Shown: positions 27,835-41,116, counted from the first letter of the stretch. The stretch: DNA of 64,000 nucleotides from Eledone cirrhosa (GCA_964016885.1 OZ024743.1:197470001-197534000); one strand, 5' to 3'. Notes: a model not told the origin generated them from the sequence alone. Numbers and translations are program-made.

Positions 27835-28559
27835 TATATATATATATATAAACACTCACATACATACACAGAATGCACCGCTAAACCATAAAGTCTTCAA
27901 CTATAACTTTAATTCGAGACCTCTAGTCTTGCAGTTTTCTACTAGTGCAGCTAGCTGTTCTTCGCGACAATGTCTTCACCATTTTCTTTGTGGATTACAG
28001 CTGAGATAAACCGCCTTGCCAAGGGCCTATGGCCTGTCCTTGTCTTTTACCTTCTATTTTCCCGTTTATTATGTGAAGTATTTATGTAAATAAAAGTGTG
28101 ATAATTTATTGAAAAATATAATGCTTGTAAGAGCAGTGTTGGGCCTGTATGTCACAATCATTTTTGAATCATCCTGCGTTAGTGCTATCCCAGATACCAG
28201 CATGTCAAGTTTGCACTATTGAAAAAAATTCTCTTTCAACAAGTATAATTTGTCCCCCACCCCCCCCCAAAAAAAAGATGTATCTATATATGTATTTATA
28301 TATACATATGAATATGTATATATGCCGGTTGGTTTTGCCCGTAAAATCTGTACAGCGATTCTTTCCGGAGACATTTTAACCACATGCCCATAGTATCGGA
28401 ACTGTGATCACTAAATTCAGAAAAGTAGCGGCTCTATTTGAAGAGACTCTCTGATCTCCGAATTACGCATTCAATCGAGTGCTGCAATGTCTTGCAAACC
28501 CACTGCTGTATGTTTAGCCTGAAACAAAAATGATATAATGAAAATATTTATTTTATTCA

Positions 28560-28684
<125 letters not shown>

Positions 28685-29028
28685 TATATATACTCACAGT
28701 TGGGTGCGGATGCATTCATGTATATATGTGTGTGTCCGCATGTATCTGTGTGTTTCTAAATATATTAATAACTCCCTCTGGTCGAGCAATCTTTGAAGTG
28801 TGGGGACAACTGGAAAGCTTCCATTACTCATACTTCTCGCCTTCTTCACTACCTCTTCTGCGGCCTCGATATGAATACCCCCTCCGCCTCCGTGGTATTT
28901 TCTTCGTGGTTATAAGAGGCTTAGCTCTGTTTCTCGACCGTTATATCGCGTGACTATCTCCCCCTCCGCCTTTTGGGATTCTTTCTCACGTCGTGTAGAC
29001 GCGTTCTTGAGACTAGTAAAATGAGGTA

Positions 29029-29116
29029 TCCTCTTGATAAGTTGGCAGACCTCGCAAGGACTCTATATCTTTGATATATTGTTTTTGTTTATGCCACGAA
29101 ACTACGTAGTCGAGGA
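29029..29116 (+). ncRNA. Type I hammerhead ribozyme, U3-A8 variant
   Basis: UCCUC-UUGAUAA-GUUGGCA..UGCCAC-GAA-ACUACGUAGU-C-GAGGA; palindromic stem III; GUC. Confidence 0.85.
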
Positions 29117-29619
29117 ATTTAGGAGCAGTTTGGGTATGATACATTTTATTACTAATTATATCTAAATGTTTCTTATCTCTTCATAATGTATTTTTAACTC
29201 TGATACTGGTTCAGTCTGGTTCAAACTGAATTGGTCTGTCCCAGTCATTCATTGAGCAACATCGGTGAAGTTGGCACCCTTAACTCACAGTTGGGTGCGG
29301 ATGCATTCATGTATATATGTGTGTGTCCGCATGTATCTGTGTGTTTCTAAATATATTAATAACTCCCTCTGGTCGAGCAATCTTTGAAGTGTGGGGACAA
29401 CTGGAAAGCTTCCATTACTCATACTTCTCGCCTTCTTCACTACCTCTTCTGCAGCCTCGATATGAATACCCCCTCCGCCTCCGTGGTATTTTCTTCGTGG
29501 TTATAAGAGGCTTAGCTCTGTTTCTCGACCGTTATATCGCGTGACTATCTCCCCCTCCGCCTTTTGGGATTCTTTCTCACGTCGTGTAGACGCGTTCTTG
29601 AGACTAGTAAAATGAGGTA

Positions 29620-29707
29620 TCCTCTTGATAAGTTGGCAGACCTCGCAAGGACTCTATATCTTTGATATATTGTTTTTGTTTATGCCACGAAACTACGTAG
29701 TCGAGGA
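29620..29707 (+). ncRNA. Type I hammerhead ribozyme, U3-A8 variant (second copy)
   Basis: Identical to 29029-29116. Confidence 0.85.
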
Positions 29708-29800
29708 ATTTAGGAGCAGTTTGGGTATGATACATTTTATTACTAATTATATCTAAATGTTTCTTATCTCTTCATAATGTATATATATATATATATATAT

Positions 29801-30141
29801 AGCGGCGATGAATTAGTTTTGCGAGGTTTTTTAGATGAAATCGTGTGTCGAAACAGATATTGTTATATTTGGGGAGGGTTATATTTGCGTAATATTGCCA
29901 GAATTAATAACAGAACACACTCACTGTTTGGTTGGTTTTCGCTTCTCGCTGTCTTTTATATATATATATCTGCGATCTAACTTACTCGGTCCTCAATGGC
30001 AACATTGAGGACCGAGTAAGTTAGATCGCAGATATATATATATATAAAAGACAGCGAGAAGCGAAAACCAACCAAACAGTGAGTGTGTTCTGTTATTAAT
30101 TCTGGCAATATTACGCAAATATGACCCTCCCCAAATATAAC
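29801..30141. mobile_element. ~280-bp near-perfect palindrome (29862-30141) plus tail, in (TA)n
   Basis: Arms meet at caatg-gcaa-cattg (29994-30007). Confidence 0.8.
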
Positions 30142-30293
<152 letters not shown>

Positions 30294-30298
30294 TATAC

Positions 30299-30329
<31 letters not shown>

Positions 30330-30356
30330 CATATATATATACATATATATATATAC

Positions 30357-30400
<44 letters not shown>

Positions 30401-30403
<3 letters not shown>

Positions 30404-30594
30404 AAAAAGTATGACCCCGACGGCAGCGCTGAAGCTCTTTCGACGGCTATTTCTGGACAGAAATAGCCGTCGAATCGGCTTGAGCTCTGCCGTCGGGGGT
30501 CATACTTTTTCCTATTACCCACTCTACTACCCTAAGTATTGAGTACTCTGGTGCGTTATGGTCCATCTGGTTCCTTACCACATTTCCTTCGTTA
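30401..30594 (+). mobile_element. Mini fold-back copy of the 3' end of the 1430-5302 PLE family
   Basis: Palindrome 30401-30513 centred in HHR stem II; tail matches the reverse complement of 1430-1510. Confidence 0.85.
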
Positions 30595-30643
30595 TATGTA
30601 TATATATATGTATCTATGTATATATATATATATATATATATAT

Positions 30644-31143
30644 GTCAGGTCACCAGTTGGTGCTACTGGTAACATGTATCCCAGTACAACCTGTCTCATG
30701 GTCGGGTCGTTGGCGACTAAACTGGCAACCCCACCAAGGTTTCTTGGTGAGGAGTGTGACTTTGGACATCCTGCAGGACTAAAAACAAAACCTGTCAAAG
30801 GGCAAAGGAGCTCTTAAGAGTCAATGGCCATCCAAAATCACCGGGAGAGATGACCCCTTAGCCTTTGTCAAGGCAGAATTCTAGGAGAAGGAAAACTCTG
30901 ATATAACACCTGCAACCCTGATGGTATCCAATGATGTTGACTTGCTCTTCTTTTTGGTAAATATCATCTTGGTTAAGAGAGTGTGACTGGCTTTGTGCAA
31001 TGCCTTTGCTCACTATAAAAGCTTCACGGCACAGGCATTGCTTTATATCTGGAGATCTCTCTGCACTTGTCGTCACATGGTACCATGGGCCCAGCACTAT
31101 GTGTCAACAATTGTCACAGGTGTAGTGTTTGTACCAGAGTTTT
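30644..31143 (+). mobile_element. RTE-derived ~610-bp retroposon, 3'-truncated
   Basis: Matches 6074-6573. Confidence 0.85.
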
Positions 31144-31287
31144 TTATTCACCAAACTGCAAAACCTGATAACTTTGATATGAAAATAAAATAAAATAAAA
31201 TTTGAAAAAATAGAATATGGTGGGAATTTTCTAAAGAAGAGAATGTTATATTAAGTTTTAAAACAAAAACTGTAAATAACAGACACG

Positions 31288-31447
<160 letters not shown>

Positions 31448-31521
31448 CACACACACACACACACATATATATACACACATATATACACATATATATATAT
31501 ATACATATTTATATCTATAGC

Positions 31522-31586
<65 letters not shown>

Positions 31587-31816
31587 CGCTACTAACAATA
31601 TTAACGAGAACAGCATCAACAATTTAGATGACGACGAGGACAACAACAGCAACAACAACAACAAAAATATGAATGTCGAAATCAATAATTAGAATAGATG
31701 GCTGAAAAAATTTAATATAACAACAACAACAACGTCAACAACATCAACAAGTCTTAGAAAACATACAAAACCGTGGCAAAACCTACCTTTCTCTTATTCT
31801 TGAACCACATCAGCAA

Positions 31817-31856
<40 letters not shown>

Positions 31857-31891
31857 TTACTGCTGCTGCTGCTGCACTGCTGATACTGATG

Positions 31892-31925
<34 letters not shown>

Positions 31926-31941
31926 AAGCACCACCACCACA

Positions 31942-31978
<37 letters not shown>

Positions 31979-32061
31979 TTACAAGCACCACCACCACCAC
32001 CACCACCACCACCACCACCACCAAAACCACCACTACTACTACTGCTACTACAAGCACCACC

Positions 32062-32102
<41 letters not shown>

Positions 32103-32154
32103 AAGCACCACCACCACTACTACTACTACTACTACTGCTACTACAAGCACCACC

Positions 32155-32195
<41 letters not shown>

Positions 32196-32226
32196 AAGCA
32201 CCACCACCACCACCACCACCACCAAA

Positions 32227-32261
<35 letters not shown>

Positions 32262-32286
32262 AACCACCACCACCACCACCACCCAA

Positions 32287-32318
<32 letters not shown>

Positions 32319-32343
32319 AACCACCACCACCACCACCACCAAA

Positions 32344-32384
<41 letters not shown>

Positions 32385-32403
32385 ACCCACCACCACCACC
32401 AAA

Positions 32404-32477
<74 letters not shown>

Positions 32478-32502
32478 AAGCACCACCACCACCACCACCA
32501 AA

Positions 32503-32575
<73 letters not shown>
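31817..32575. repeat. Compound (CTA)n/(CCA)n microsatellite
   Basis: Alternating triplet blocks joined by caagca or caaaac. Confidence 0.95.
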
Positions 32576-32577
<2 letters not shown>

Positions 32578-32932
32578 CGTTAAATAAAAAAAACGAAAGA
32601 AAACCAGCCCCTCAGTGACTAACATAAGGGAAAATATTTGTAAGATATTGAGGTAATTGAATAACACTTGTAGGCAATCTTACGGTGGCACAAAATAAAA
32701 TTAGATAAAACCCACCTAGTAAACAGACTGTTGTATGGCCCGCAAACAGAATCCCTCCTAGGTTGCTTCTGTTTATTGAAATTTTACATTTTAATTCACT
32801 TGTTGTCTCCTTTTATGGATATTTATTTTATTTAATTAGAAACCGATTAAAAATACTCTGAATTGCATTTGGTTCCTCCACTCTATAAACAGACACAAAT
32901 ATACGCATATACGTACTGACATACATAGGTAT

Positions 32933-32985
<53 letters not shown>

Positions 32986-33055
32986 AAACTATGCATACAA
33001 TCATACGTACATAGATTTCATACATACACATAAATACATATATACATACACACAC

Positions 33056-33138
<83 letters not shown>

Positions 33139-33204
33139 TACATCACATACACACACACACAGACATATATATATGCATATAAATATACATATATATATAT
33201 ATAC

Positions 33205-33397
33205 GTTATTCCGGGTTGAATCGGAGGTAACCACAGTAAGTAAGGTACTCAATACATTGCAGAGTATAAAAGTTTTAATATAGATGAGATTCTACAGGAC
33301 TAGAACTGTTTCATTCTTTAGAAATCATCAGGAACCTGATGATTTCTAAAGAATGAAACAGTTCTAGTCCTGTAGAATCTCATCTATATTAAAACTT
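33205..33397 (-). mobile_element. Fold-back remnant with an intact hammerhead (33288-33336, minus)
   Basis: GGUUC-CUGAUGA-UUUC(UAAA)GAAU-GAA-ACAG..CUGU-A-GAAUC. Confidence 0.85.
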
Positions 33398-33438
33398 ATA
33401 TATATATATATATATATAATATATGCATAAATAAAACT

Positions 33439-33519
<81 letters not shown>

Positions 33520-33749
33520 GATATATATATATGTAGGAAAATATCCATATATTCATAACAAGTGTAAATGCTCAGAATATATATTTATATGAAACAGAAT
33601 CAAAATAATTGAACTTTTATATCACCGAATTAGCTATTTTTTAGAGTTGTCAATTGTGTTAACTAATTTTATATCTGGTTTCTAGGTAAATGATATATTT
33701 ACACGTGTGATTATTTGTATAATAAAAAATTGATATACTTACCTATACA

Positions 33750-33857
<108 letters not shown>

Positions 33858-33988
33858 CAAGAAAGTAAGTGTTGGTAAAATCCAGTACTTCAGTATGCGG
33901 ATTGGGACCACTGAACGAAGATATAAGTTCCGGAGTTATAATAGTGACGAAACATAAGTCAATTGCATGAACTCATAATGCTTTATTT

Positions 33989-34044
33989 ACTGCTATATAT
34001 ATTTCGATGATAACCATTGAATGGCTATGACTTCATCAGGCAGT
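33989..34044 (-). ncRNA. Minimal type I hammerhead ribozyme
   Basis: ACUGC-CUGAUGA-AGUCAUAGCCAU..AUGGUUAUCAUC-GAA-AUAUAUAU-A-GCAGU; A/C mismatch at the base of stem II. Confidence 0.75.
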
Positions 34045-34180
34045 TAGTCAGTTCTTAGATATGCCAGCTCTGTGTTTATAGTGTTGATGGTATCATATTG
34101 TATATATCGATTTTGTTGTTATTTCTGTTTACCTTTTACGTATATATATATATATATATATAAGTATGCGTATTTTATAT

Positions 34181-34788
34181 GGTGGCTGCCAACTCGTTTT
34201 CGAGTACGGCCACTACTTTATATCCATGTAGGAGAACCCCTACCGATGCGCTGCACGAGTGTGACTTTTTAGTCCAGCCAGCGACTTGAAAACTCTGGTA
34301 CAAACACTACACTTGTGACAATTATTGACACATAGTGCTGGGCCCATGGTACCATGTGATGACAAGTGCAGAGAGATCTCCAGATATAAAGCAATGCCTG
34401 TGCCGTGAAGCTTTTATAGTGAGCAAAGGCACTGCACAAAGCCAGTCCCACTCTCTTACCCAAGATGATATTTACCAAAAAGAAGAACAAGTCAACATCA
34501 TTGGATACCATCAGGGTTGCAGGTGTTATATCAGAGTTTTCCTTCTCCTAGAATTCTGCCTTGACAAAGGCTAAGGGGTCATCTCTCCCAGTGATTTTAG
34601 ATGGCCATTGACTCTTAAGAGCTCCTTTGCCCTTTGACAGGTTTTGTTTTTAGTCCTGCAGAATGTCCAAAGTCACCCTCCTCATCAAGAAACCTTGGTG
34701 GGGTTGCCAGTTTAGTCGCCAACGACCCGACCATGGGACAGGTTGTACTGGGATACATGTTACCAGTAGCACCAACTGGTGACCTGAC
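34181..34788 (-). mobile_element. RTE-derived ~610-bp retroposon, full length
   Basis: Reverse complement of 6074-6685. Confidence 0.85.
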
Positions 34789-34830
34789 ACATACATACAT
34801 ACATACGTGTGTATATACACACACATCCGC

Positions 34831-34863
<33 letters not shown>

Positions 34864-35796
34864 ATATATGAACTTATACATATTCATGGATATGCAAATT
34901 GTAATTGGGCAACAATATTTCTTGTAGTCATGTTTATTAAAAAAACCACGATTATTTATCTATATATCTACCCAACTAACTACACCCTCAGACATAAACA
35001 CAATGTACAGATACACACATATATTCATTCATGATTCTAATCTAGTCACCTACATTTTTCTCGAAATATAAAATACGCAAGTTAATTTTAATCTTTGTGG
35101 CTTGGTTTATTTATGACATTCCATTTAAGACATTTTTGTATATATTTAAGTATTATTGCTCTGGAATTTTAATTTTTTTACTATTTTATTGAGTCTTTTG
35201 CTAAACTCTAACATGAAGAAATATTGTCGTTATATCTACAAAATATATATTTATATTACTAATATCATTATGGCTAAATATAACAAATACATTGCATACT
35301 GTAATAGAAAAAAAGTACACATCTACGTAAGCCATACCACAGGCACCCATTTGAAACTGCTGAAATTTATTCATCTGTCCACTGAAAGAGTCTATTTTTC
35401 CAAAGAAGTGTTTTATAGTGTGAGCTTTACACTATCCCAAGGAATTAAACGGAGCATACAGCCAATAACTTTAGGAAAAGTTTCGAACAGCAAATTTACT
35501 CCTTCAGATCTAGAGAAACTTGACCTTTCAGCACTACGAAAGTGAACTGTCTAGCTTAGACTGGAACATATTCAACAAGACACATTGCTGTCCACGTTTA
35601 AGCATGTAACTCCCGTTTTTGTCTTTCTGAAAAACCGTACATGGAACTGTTCACTATATCCCTTAAAAATAAGACTGAACTTTCATACTGGTCTCATCAA
35701 CAGAACGCCTTAGTTGATTTTGAGCTATTAGATAGCATTATTTCATAATTTTCACTGAAATTTTACTGAAATCATACAGGAATTTCTAATTGCAGT

Positions 35797-36102
35797 CAGG
35801 GTTGGATTTAGACATTTGGGGCCCCGGGGCACTTCAGAGTTTTTTTTCGGTTGGGGTGGGGGGTGGGGGGTGGGGGTGGGGGGGCACATAAATGAAAAAA
35901 ATTAGAATACACACCAATCTCCCAATTTTACATATCAAAGTTAGCTTGGCAGGTATCAAATTTAAAAATTCTAACCATCCTAAAATTAAAAAGCACAGCT
36001 GAGGGCTCAAATAAATTGCTACGACCGTCGATGGTACCCCCTTCCCCAATGCAGGGGCACCGGGGCATGTGTCCCCTTTGCCCACCAATAAATCTAGGAC
36101 TG
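35797..36102 (-). mobile_element. hAT-type MITE
   Basis: cagggttggattta..taaatctaggactg; flanks attgcagt/attgatgt. Confidence 0.75.
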
Positions 36103-36354
36103 ATTGATGTGACAGTCGCTAACAATATCCCAAAACAGGATTGAAATTAATCCAGATGATCTTCACAGGAGTGGATATACTAGGGTTAATCTAAGGAAGA
36201 ATGAAGCTGAATATAAGTGATGGGCCGCCTAAGTGTAAAGGAGTGTGAAACTAATGAAGAGAAAAAGGAAAGTAAGAGAAGAAAGAGGGGAAGAAAGTAA
36301 GAAAAAAGAAGAAAGAAAAATGTTTACTTCTACCTAAGTATACTGGGGTTTCCT

Positions 36355-37252
36355 CTATCTTAGTCGGCAAAATAGGAAAAGTGTTACAGCCGTGGTCCAC
36401 CCACCCGGGACGTGAAGGGGTTTGAAGGTAAGGTATGTCCTACGCACTCTGTGTTTACATGCGGTAACAAGTTCATCTTTTTTATTTAAGAGTTGGTCCT
36501 TAGCAAACAGCATTTGGATCGTTTCCTCCGAGCATAAATTACACGGACGGCGACCTCCCGAGTAAGAATTTGCCTTGGAAAGTATGCTCCAACTTAGATG
36601 GTAGGTGATGTTATTGTCTTGGAGGTCCCAAATATGGTCCGAAAGTGCTGTTGCGTGTCGCCGGGCCGGGTTTCTAAATGTATGTCGGTGTTGGTAATAC
36701 AGGGTCTTAAAATCGCAGGCGGTTAATCCGATGTAGGCCTTGTTAGAATTTTCCATCCTTACATTGCACTGGTAGACCACGTTACATTCTCGGCATCTGT
36801 TGTTGAGGGGGCACGATGATATATCCGGACAGTTACACCTCCTAGTTTGATCTCCACTAATATCATTGTTGTTTCTTCTGTTAGAGAGGAGTTTTTTGTT
36901 GTTTGTGCAAAGTTGGGTGTACTGCTGTAGGAAAGTTTGACAGTGTTTCTGTTGACGATATTGTGGTAGCGGTGTTGTGGTGGGAAGTGTTTGTCGAGGA
37001 GTCCAAAAAAGATCTTCCCAATTGGTGTTGCAACCTCGGCATTGTGGGGGAGGGTTGAACCACGTTACGTGGCGTGTACGGCGGCTTCGCCTGCTGGATC
37101 CGCTAGAAGGGCTTGGATAATATGAGATGTCCTCCTGGAAGCCGCTGCTCTTGAGGGACTGGTTGTAATATGAACCGTGTTCGTTTAAAATCTGCTCGTT
37201 TTCAGACAGGCGAGATATGCAGAGGGAGATATTTTAAACTAAGTTGTTGGTA
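36355..37252 (-). pseudogene. Second PLE fragment (linker plus GIY-YIG), diverged relative of 2700-4105
   Basis: VYQCNV..KAYIGLTACDFKT..QHRHTFRNP..RRPCNLCSEETIQM..LLNKKDELVTACKH. Confidence 0.9.
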
Positions 37253-37253
37253 A

Positions 37254-37330
37254 AACTCACGACCAGGATCGAACATCAAACCTTGATCACCAGCGTCTAT
37301 GATTCCTCCAACTAGGCCACCGAGAGAGCT
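37254..37330 (-). other. tRNA-like Pol III head (SINE head or tRNA pseudogene)
   Basis: Minus strand A-box tggcctagttgg and B-box gttcgatcc. Confidence 0.55.
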
Positions 37331-37708
37331 ACAAAGGTGTAATGAAAATTGATAATTATAAACTTACTTTCAAAATCAAAGTTAAAAAGATGTTGTGTCG
37401 TTCATGACTTTCCTAGAGCTATTAGTAATATTTAAGGTCGACATCTGGTCATTATTGAAAGTCTCTGGATTTCGCAAAATACATAATATTTTTTATTGGA
37501 GAAGGTAAGATATTTTTCCGCAAAAATTGAATTGCAATATTTTGTTTCCACTTATGTATTTTTCGAAAATGTTATTTATTCATTATAAAAATTAAATGAT
37601 AGCATTCTATATGTCCTGGCAATCAATAATTTTAGACCCAGCCCGCCACTATAATTATATATATATATACACACAAGTACACAAACAAGCACATACCCCC
37701 CCCCCCAC

Positions 37709-37743
<35 letters not shown>

Positions 37744-37829
37744 CGTAGGCATATATATAAATGTGTATATATACGTTATGAATATGTATCTATGCATATA
37801 CAAACACAAACATACACATATATATATAA

Positions 37830-38165
37830 ATACATATTTGTGTGTGTGTGTGCTTGTTCCTGTACTTGTGTGGTTCGGTGTAAATCACATCGTTTGTAAA
37901 ATTGCCATTTTTGCTAGTACACTGCTACAAATATATATGTATATGCCCGTGGGCAGGAATAAAGCTGTATAGTTCACAGCGATTAGAAACGATAAACATA
38001 ATAGTGAAATTCATGTTCTAGGATAATCAAGTTTAAATAGATTATCTAATTAAAATTTAGTACTAAATAATACAGTCGCAGCTGTAGAGAAATGTAATTT
38101 AATATAGCTTGTACTAATATCATAAATCTTATACCACTTTTAATATTTCACTCCCGTATAACCCT
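37830..38165 (+). repeat. Unclassified interspersed repeat (copies at 42950-43340 minus and 45995-46690 plus; distal part also at 42055-42290)
   Basis: tgcttgttcctgtacttgtgtggttcg..ctagtacactgctacaaat..cagtcgcagctgtagagaaatg shared. Confidence 0.8.
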
Positions 38166-38380
38166 TTTCATTTCTCACTCTTAGTAAGTATGCATACTTA
38201 TATTTAAGTAGCAGCCGTACTAAGAGTGAGAAATGAAATTTCGTTTCACTTTTTCCGTTTATCGTTTTCGGTACCCGGGCCGATTAACTCACTCGATATG
38301 CAAATTAGGCTGCTCAGCCGTTAATATGCATAAGGAAAGTATATACTTTCAGACGTTCAACCATCTGGCAGGAAGGTATG

Positions 38381-38421
38381 CGTTGCTGACGATAGCTAAT
38401 AAGCTTGAAACTAGTACAGCG
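38381..38421 (+). ncRNA. Minimal type I hammerhead ribozyme
   Basis: CGUUG-CUGACGA-UAGC(UAAUAA)GCUU-GAA-ACUAGU-A-CAGCG. Confidence 0.88.
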
Positions 38422-38811
38422 TTCCTTTGTCAGTGTTGAATAAATGAGCAACGATGGTTGCTAGACACTGTACGGCTTAATTCGGGTTGTTTGTTTACAA
38501 ACACACCGAGCATTATAATAAATGTTCGGTGAATCCATACGTACATGTATATATGTGTGCATGTATGTATATATATATATACATACTACTGTACGTCTGT
38601 ATACATATATGTATGTAGGTATACATACTTATATTTAAGTAACAGCCGTACTAAGAGTGAGAAATGAAATTTCGTTTCATTTTTTCCGTTTATCGTTTTC
38701 GGTACCCCGGCCGATTAACTCACTCGATATGCAAATTAGGCTGCTCAGCCGTTAATATGCATAAGGAAAGTATATACTTTCAGACGTTCAACCATCTGGC
38801 AGGAAGGTATG

Positions 38812-38852
38812 CGTTGCTGACGATAGCTAATAAGCTTGAAACTAGTACAGCG
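38812..38852 (+). ncRNA. Minimal type I hammerhead ribozyme (second copy)
   Basis: Identical to 38381-38421. Confidence 0.88.
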
Positions 38853-39899
38853 TTCCTTTGTCCGTGTTGAATAAATGAGCAACGATGGTTGCTAGACACT
38901 GTACGGCTTAATTCGGGTTGTTTGTTTACAAACACACCGAGCATTATAATAAATGTTCGGTGAATCCATACGTACATGTATATACGTGTGCATGTATGTA
39001 TATATATATATACATACTACTGTACGTCTGTATACATATATGTATGTAGGTATACATACTTATATTTAAGTAACAGCCGTACTAAGAGTGAGAAATGAAA
39101 TTTCGTTTCATTTTTTCCGTTTATCGTTTTCGGTACCCCGGCCGATTAACTCACTCGATATGCAAATTAGGCTGCTCAGCCGTTAATATGCATGAAGAAA
39201 GTATATACTTTCAGATATCCTGGTTGAAGAATAATTATACATATGTATAAATTTTATCTGTAACATATTATTTTATTTTATTTTTACCTTATATATACCT
39301 ATATACATAATAGTTATTCAAATATTTATAACAATAAGTACTTCAAAAGTTTTACATACATAATATGTTGGGATATTTGTTAACGTTTAGATTTGGGTAA
39401 TTAATCAACAGTATAATATTTCATTCTTTACGTGCCAGCTAAATCCTTTAAAATATTTTTCTCACAATTCAGAAGTTTAGAAATGATAACACACTTATCG
39501 AATTTATATAAATAATATATAATTAAATAGCAAATAATCCTGAAATCTGGAGTCTTCACATTAATATTATAAATTAAATATTTCCAAATTCTAACAGTTT
39601 AATTTTCGACCCCCCCCCCACACTTTATCTTTCCCTCCTTATAAATCTTTTTCCAGTGGCTATCACTGGCTGTTATGACTCATGAGACGTTTCCCTAGAT
39701 ATTATTGTATCATACAATTTAAAATTTTAGAACACTTTAAGTATGCAACGTTTTTTCTTACTCACACATTCTCTAATGAATTCATTACGTTTTCGCACTC
39801 TCACAAAGATATTATATAAGCAAAATTTTCTATCGAGTAATCACTACCTTGATTAAATCTTAACCATTTAACATCTCAGGGTATGTCATGTATCATTAT

Positions 39900-39952
39900 A
39901 TTTTGTCTGATGAGGACGTACTGTTGTACATCCGAAATATGTATAATAAAAT
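39900..39952 (+). ncRNA. Minimal type I hammerhead ribozyme in a short repeat (~39843-39998)
   Basis: AUUUUGU-CUGAUGA-GGACGUAC(UGUU)GUACAUCC-GAA-AUAUGUAU-A-AUAAAAU; family also at 54.8 and 55.1 kb. Confidence 0.85.
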
Positions 39953-39992
39953 GTAATTGATCAAAAGAACATCCATTTAATTAATACTTATA

Positions 39993-40023
<31 letters not shown>

Positions 40024-40565
40024 TTAGGGCGGGTAAAATTCCCGAGATCCATGGACGAGGTCTCTCCAGCGGTCTCTGTCCCTCATTATCGCTGCCATGT
40101 CCTGCGCCTCCAACAGACCAATGTCTGTCCTTAGAGCATCAACATATGTTAACCTTGGTCTTCCTCTTCCAATGTGTCCATGTAGGGGCTCCCACAGGAG
40201 CACTGAGTGCAATGTCAACTCTGGATGCCGGTGAGCATGTCCAGCTAACCCCAGTCTCCTCTGTGTCACTTTTTTAGCTGACTTTGGGAGGCACCCATAC
40301 AGCTCTGAGTTTTTCATCCTCAGTGTATACTGATTAATGTTCAGAGCCATCCTCAGCATTCTTGTGTAGCACACATCCACCATCTGAGTTAGTTTCTTGG
40401 TCAGTGTCCAAGTCTCAGACCCGTACAGCAGCACAGACTCCACTACAGCAATGAAGAGGCGGATTTTCAGGTCTTTACGAAGGTCCGACATCCACACCGA
40501 TCTCAAGCTGTGGCAGGCCGCCCAGGCCTTGCCCTTCCTCTCAACCACTTCATCTTCCGTAATCC
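40024..40565 (-). mobile_element. RTE-like LINE 3' fragment
   Basis: RKGKAWAA..KIRLF..VESVLLYGSETWTLT..YTRMLR..LAGH..GRGRPRLTYVD. Confidence 0.88.
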
Positions 40566-40740
40566 CAATATATATATATATATATGATTAAATTTGACTC
40601 AGAGGTAGGCGAGCAATGTGGCAGTATGCTACTACGTCCATCTTTGGTGAAAAGCATAGCAGATACTTTTCTGTTTTGTTTTTCTTTGCTTGTTTCCTTA
40701 AAGCTTACCATTATTCCGTAGATATACATCTATTGTGCAA

Positions 40741-40806
40741 TTTACACCTGATGAGGTCATCGGGTTTTTATGCAACCTGGTCACTGAAATGTGCATAGTA
40801 TTTAAA
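40741..40806 (+). ncRNA. Hammerhead ribozyme motif with weak stem I
   Basis: CUGAUGA-GGUCAUCGGGUU..AACCUGGUCACU-GAA-AUGUGCAU-A. Confidence 0.65.
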
Positions 40807-40857
40807 GTAATAAAAAATTAAGGAAATTCAACATATTTGGCCTCCTGTCATTTCACT

Positions 40858-40910
<53 letters not shown>

Positions 40911-40914
<4 letters not shown>

Positions 40915-41111
40915 GTAGAACACTGGAAGGTAATATCCGTAGTGGTAGAGCACTCAGTCCATGGGACGAGTTAGGTAGAAGTGGTTACACAACAGTTAGT
41001 TCACCATACCGAGAACAATTGTTTCACCTTAGCGGATCCTCAGCTGAGGATCCGCTAAGGTGAAACAATTGTTCTCGATATGGTGAACTAACTGTTGTGT
41101 AACCACTTCTA
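40911..41111. mobile_element. 136-bp palindrome (40976-41111) plus tail, in (TA)n; hammerhead core starts at the centre
   Basis: Centre cag|ctg at 41043/41044, then CUGAGGA-UCC(GCUAA)GGU-GAA-ACA..UGU-A. Confidence 0.8.
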
Positions 41112-41116
41112 TATAT

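Larger units (their letters stand above)
28692..29780 (+). mobile_element. 591-bp tandem repeat (1.85 copies) with one hammerhead per unit; retrozyme or pLTR-like
   Basis: 28692-29282 repeats from 29283; HHR at 29029-29116 and 29620-29707; no credible ORF. Confidence 0.85.
38166..39215 (+). mobile_element. 431-bp tandem array (~2.4 copies) with one minimal hammerhead per unit; retrozyme-like
   Basis: Period 431 (38233/38664/39095); HHR at 38381-38421 and 38812-38852; short inverted copy at 38166-38186. Confidence 0.9.

Noticed and set aside
33911-33965. CTGAACGA..CGAAACATAAGTC as a plus-strand hammerhead
   Set aside because: Extra core nucleotide, and stems I and II do not pair
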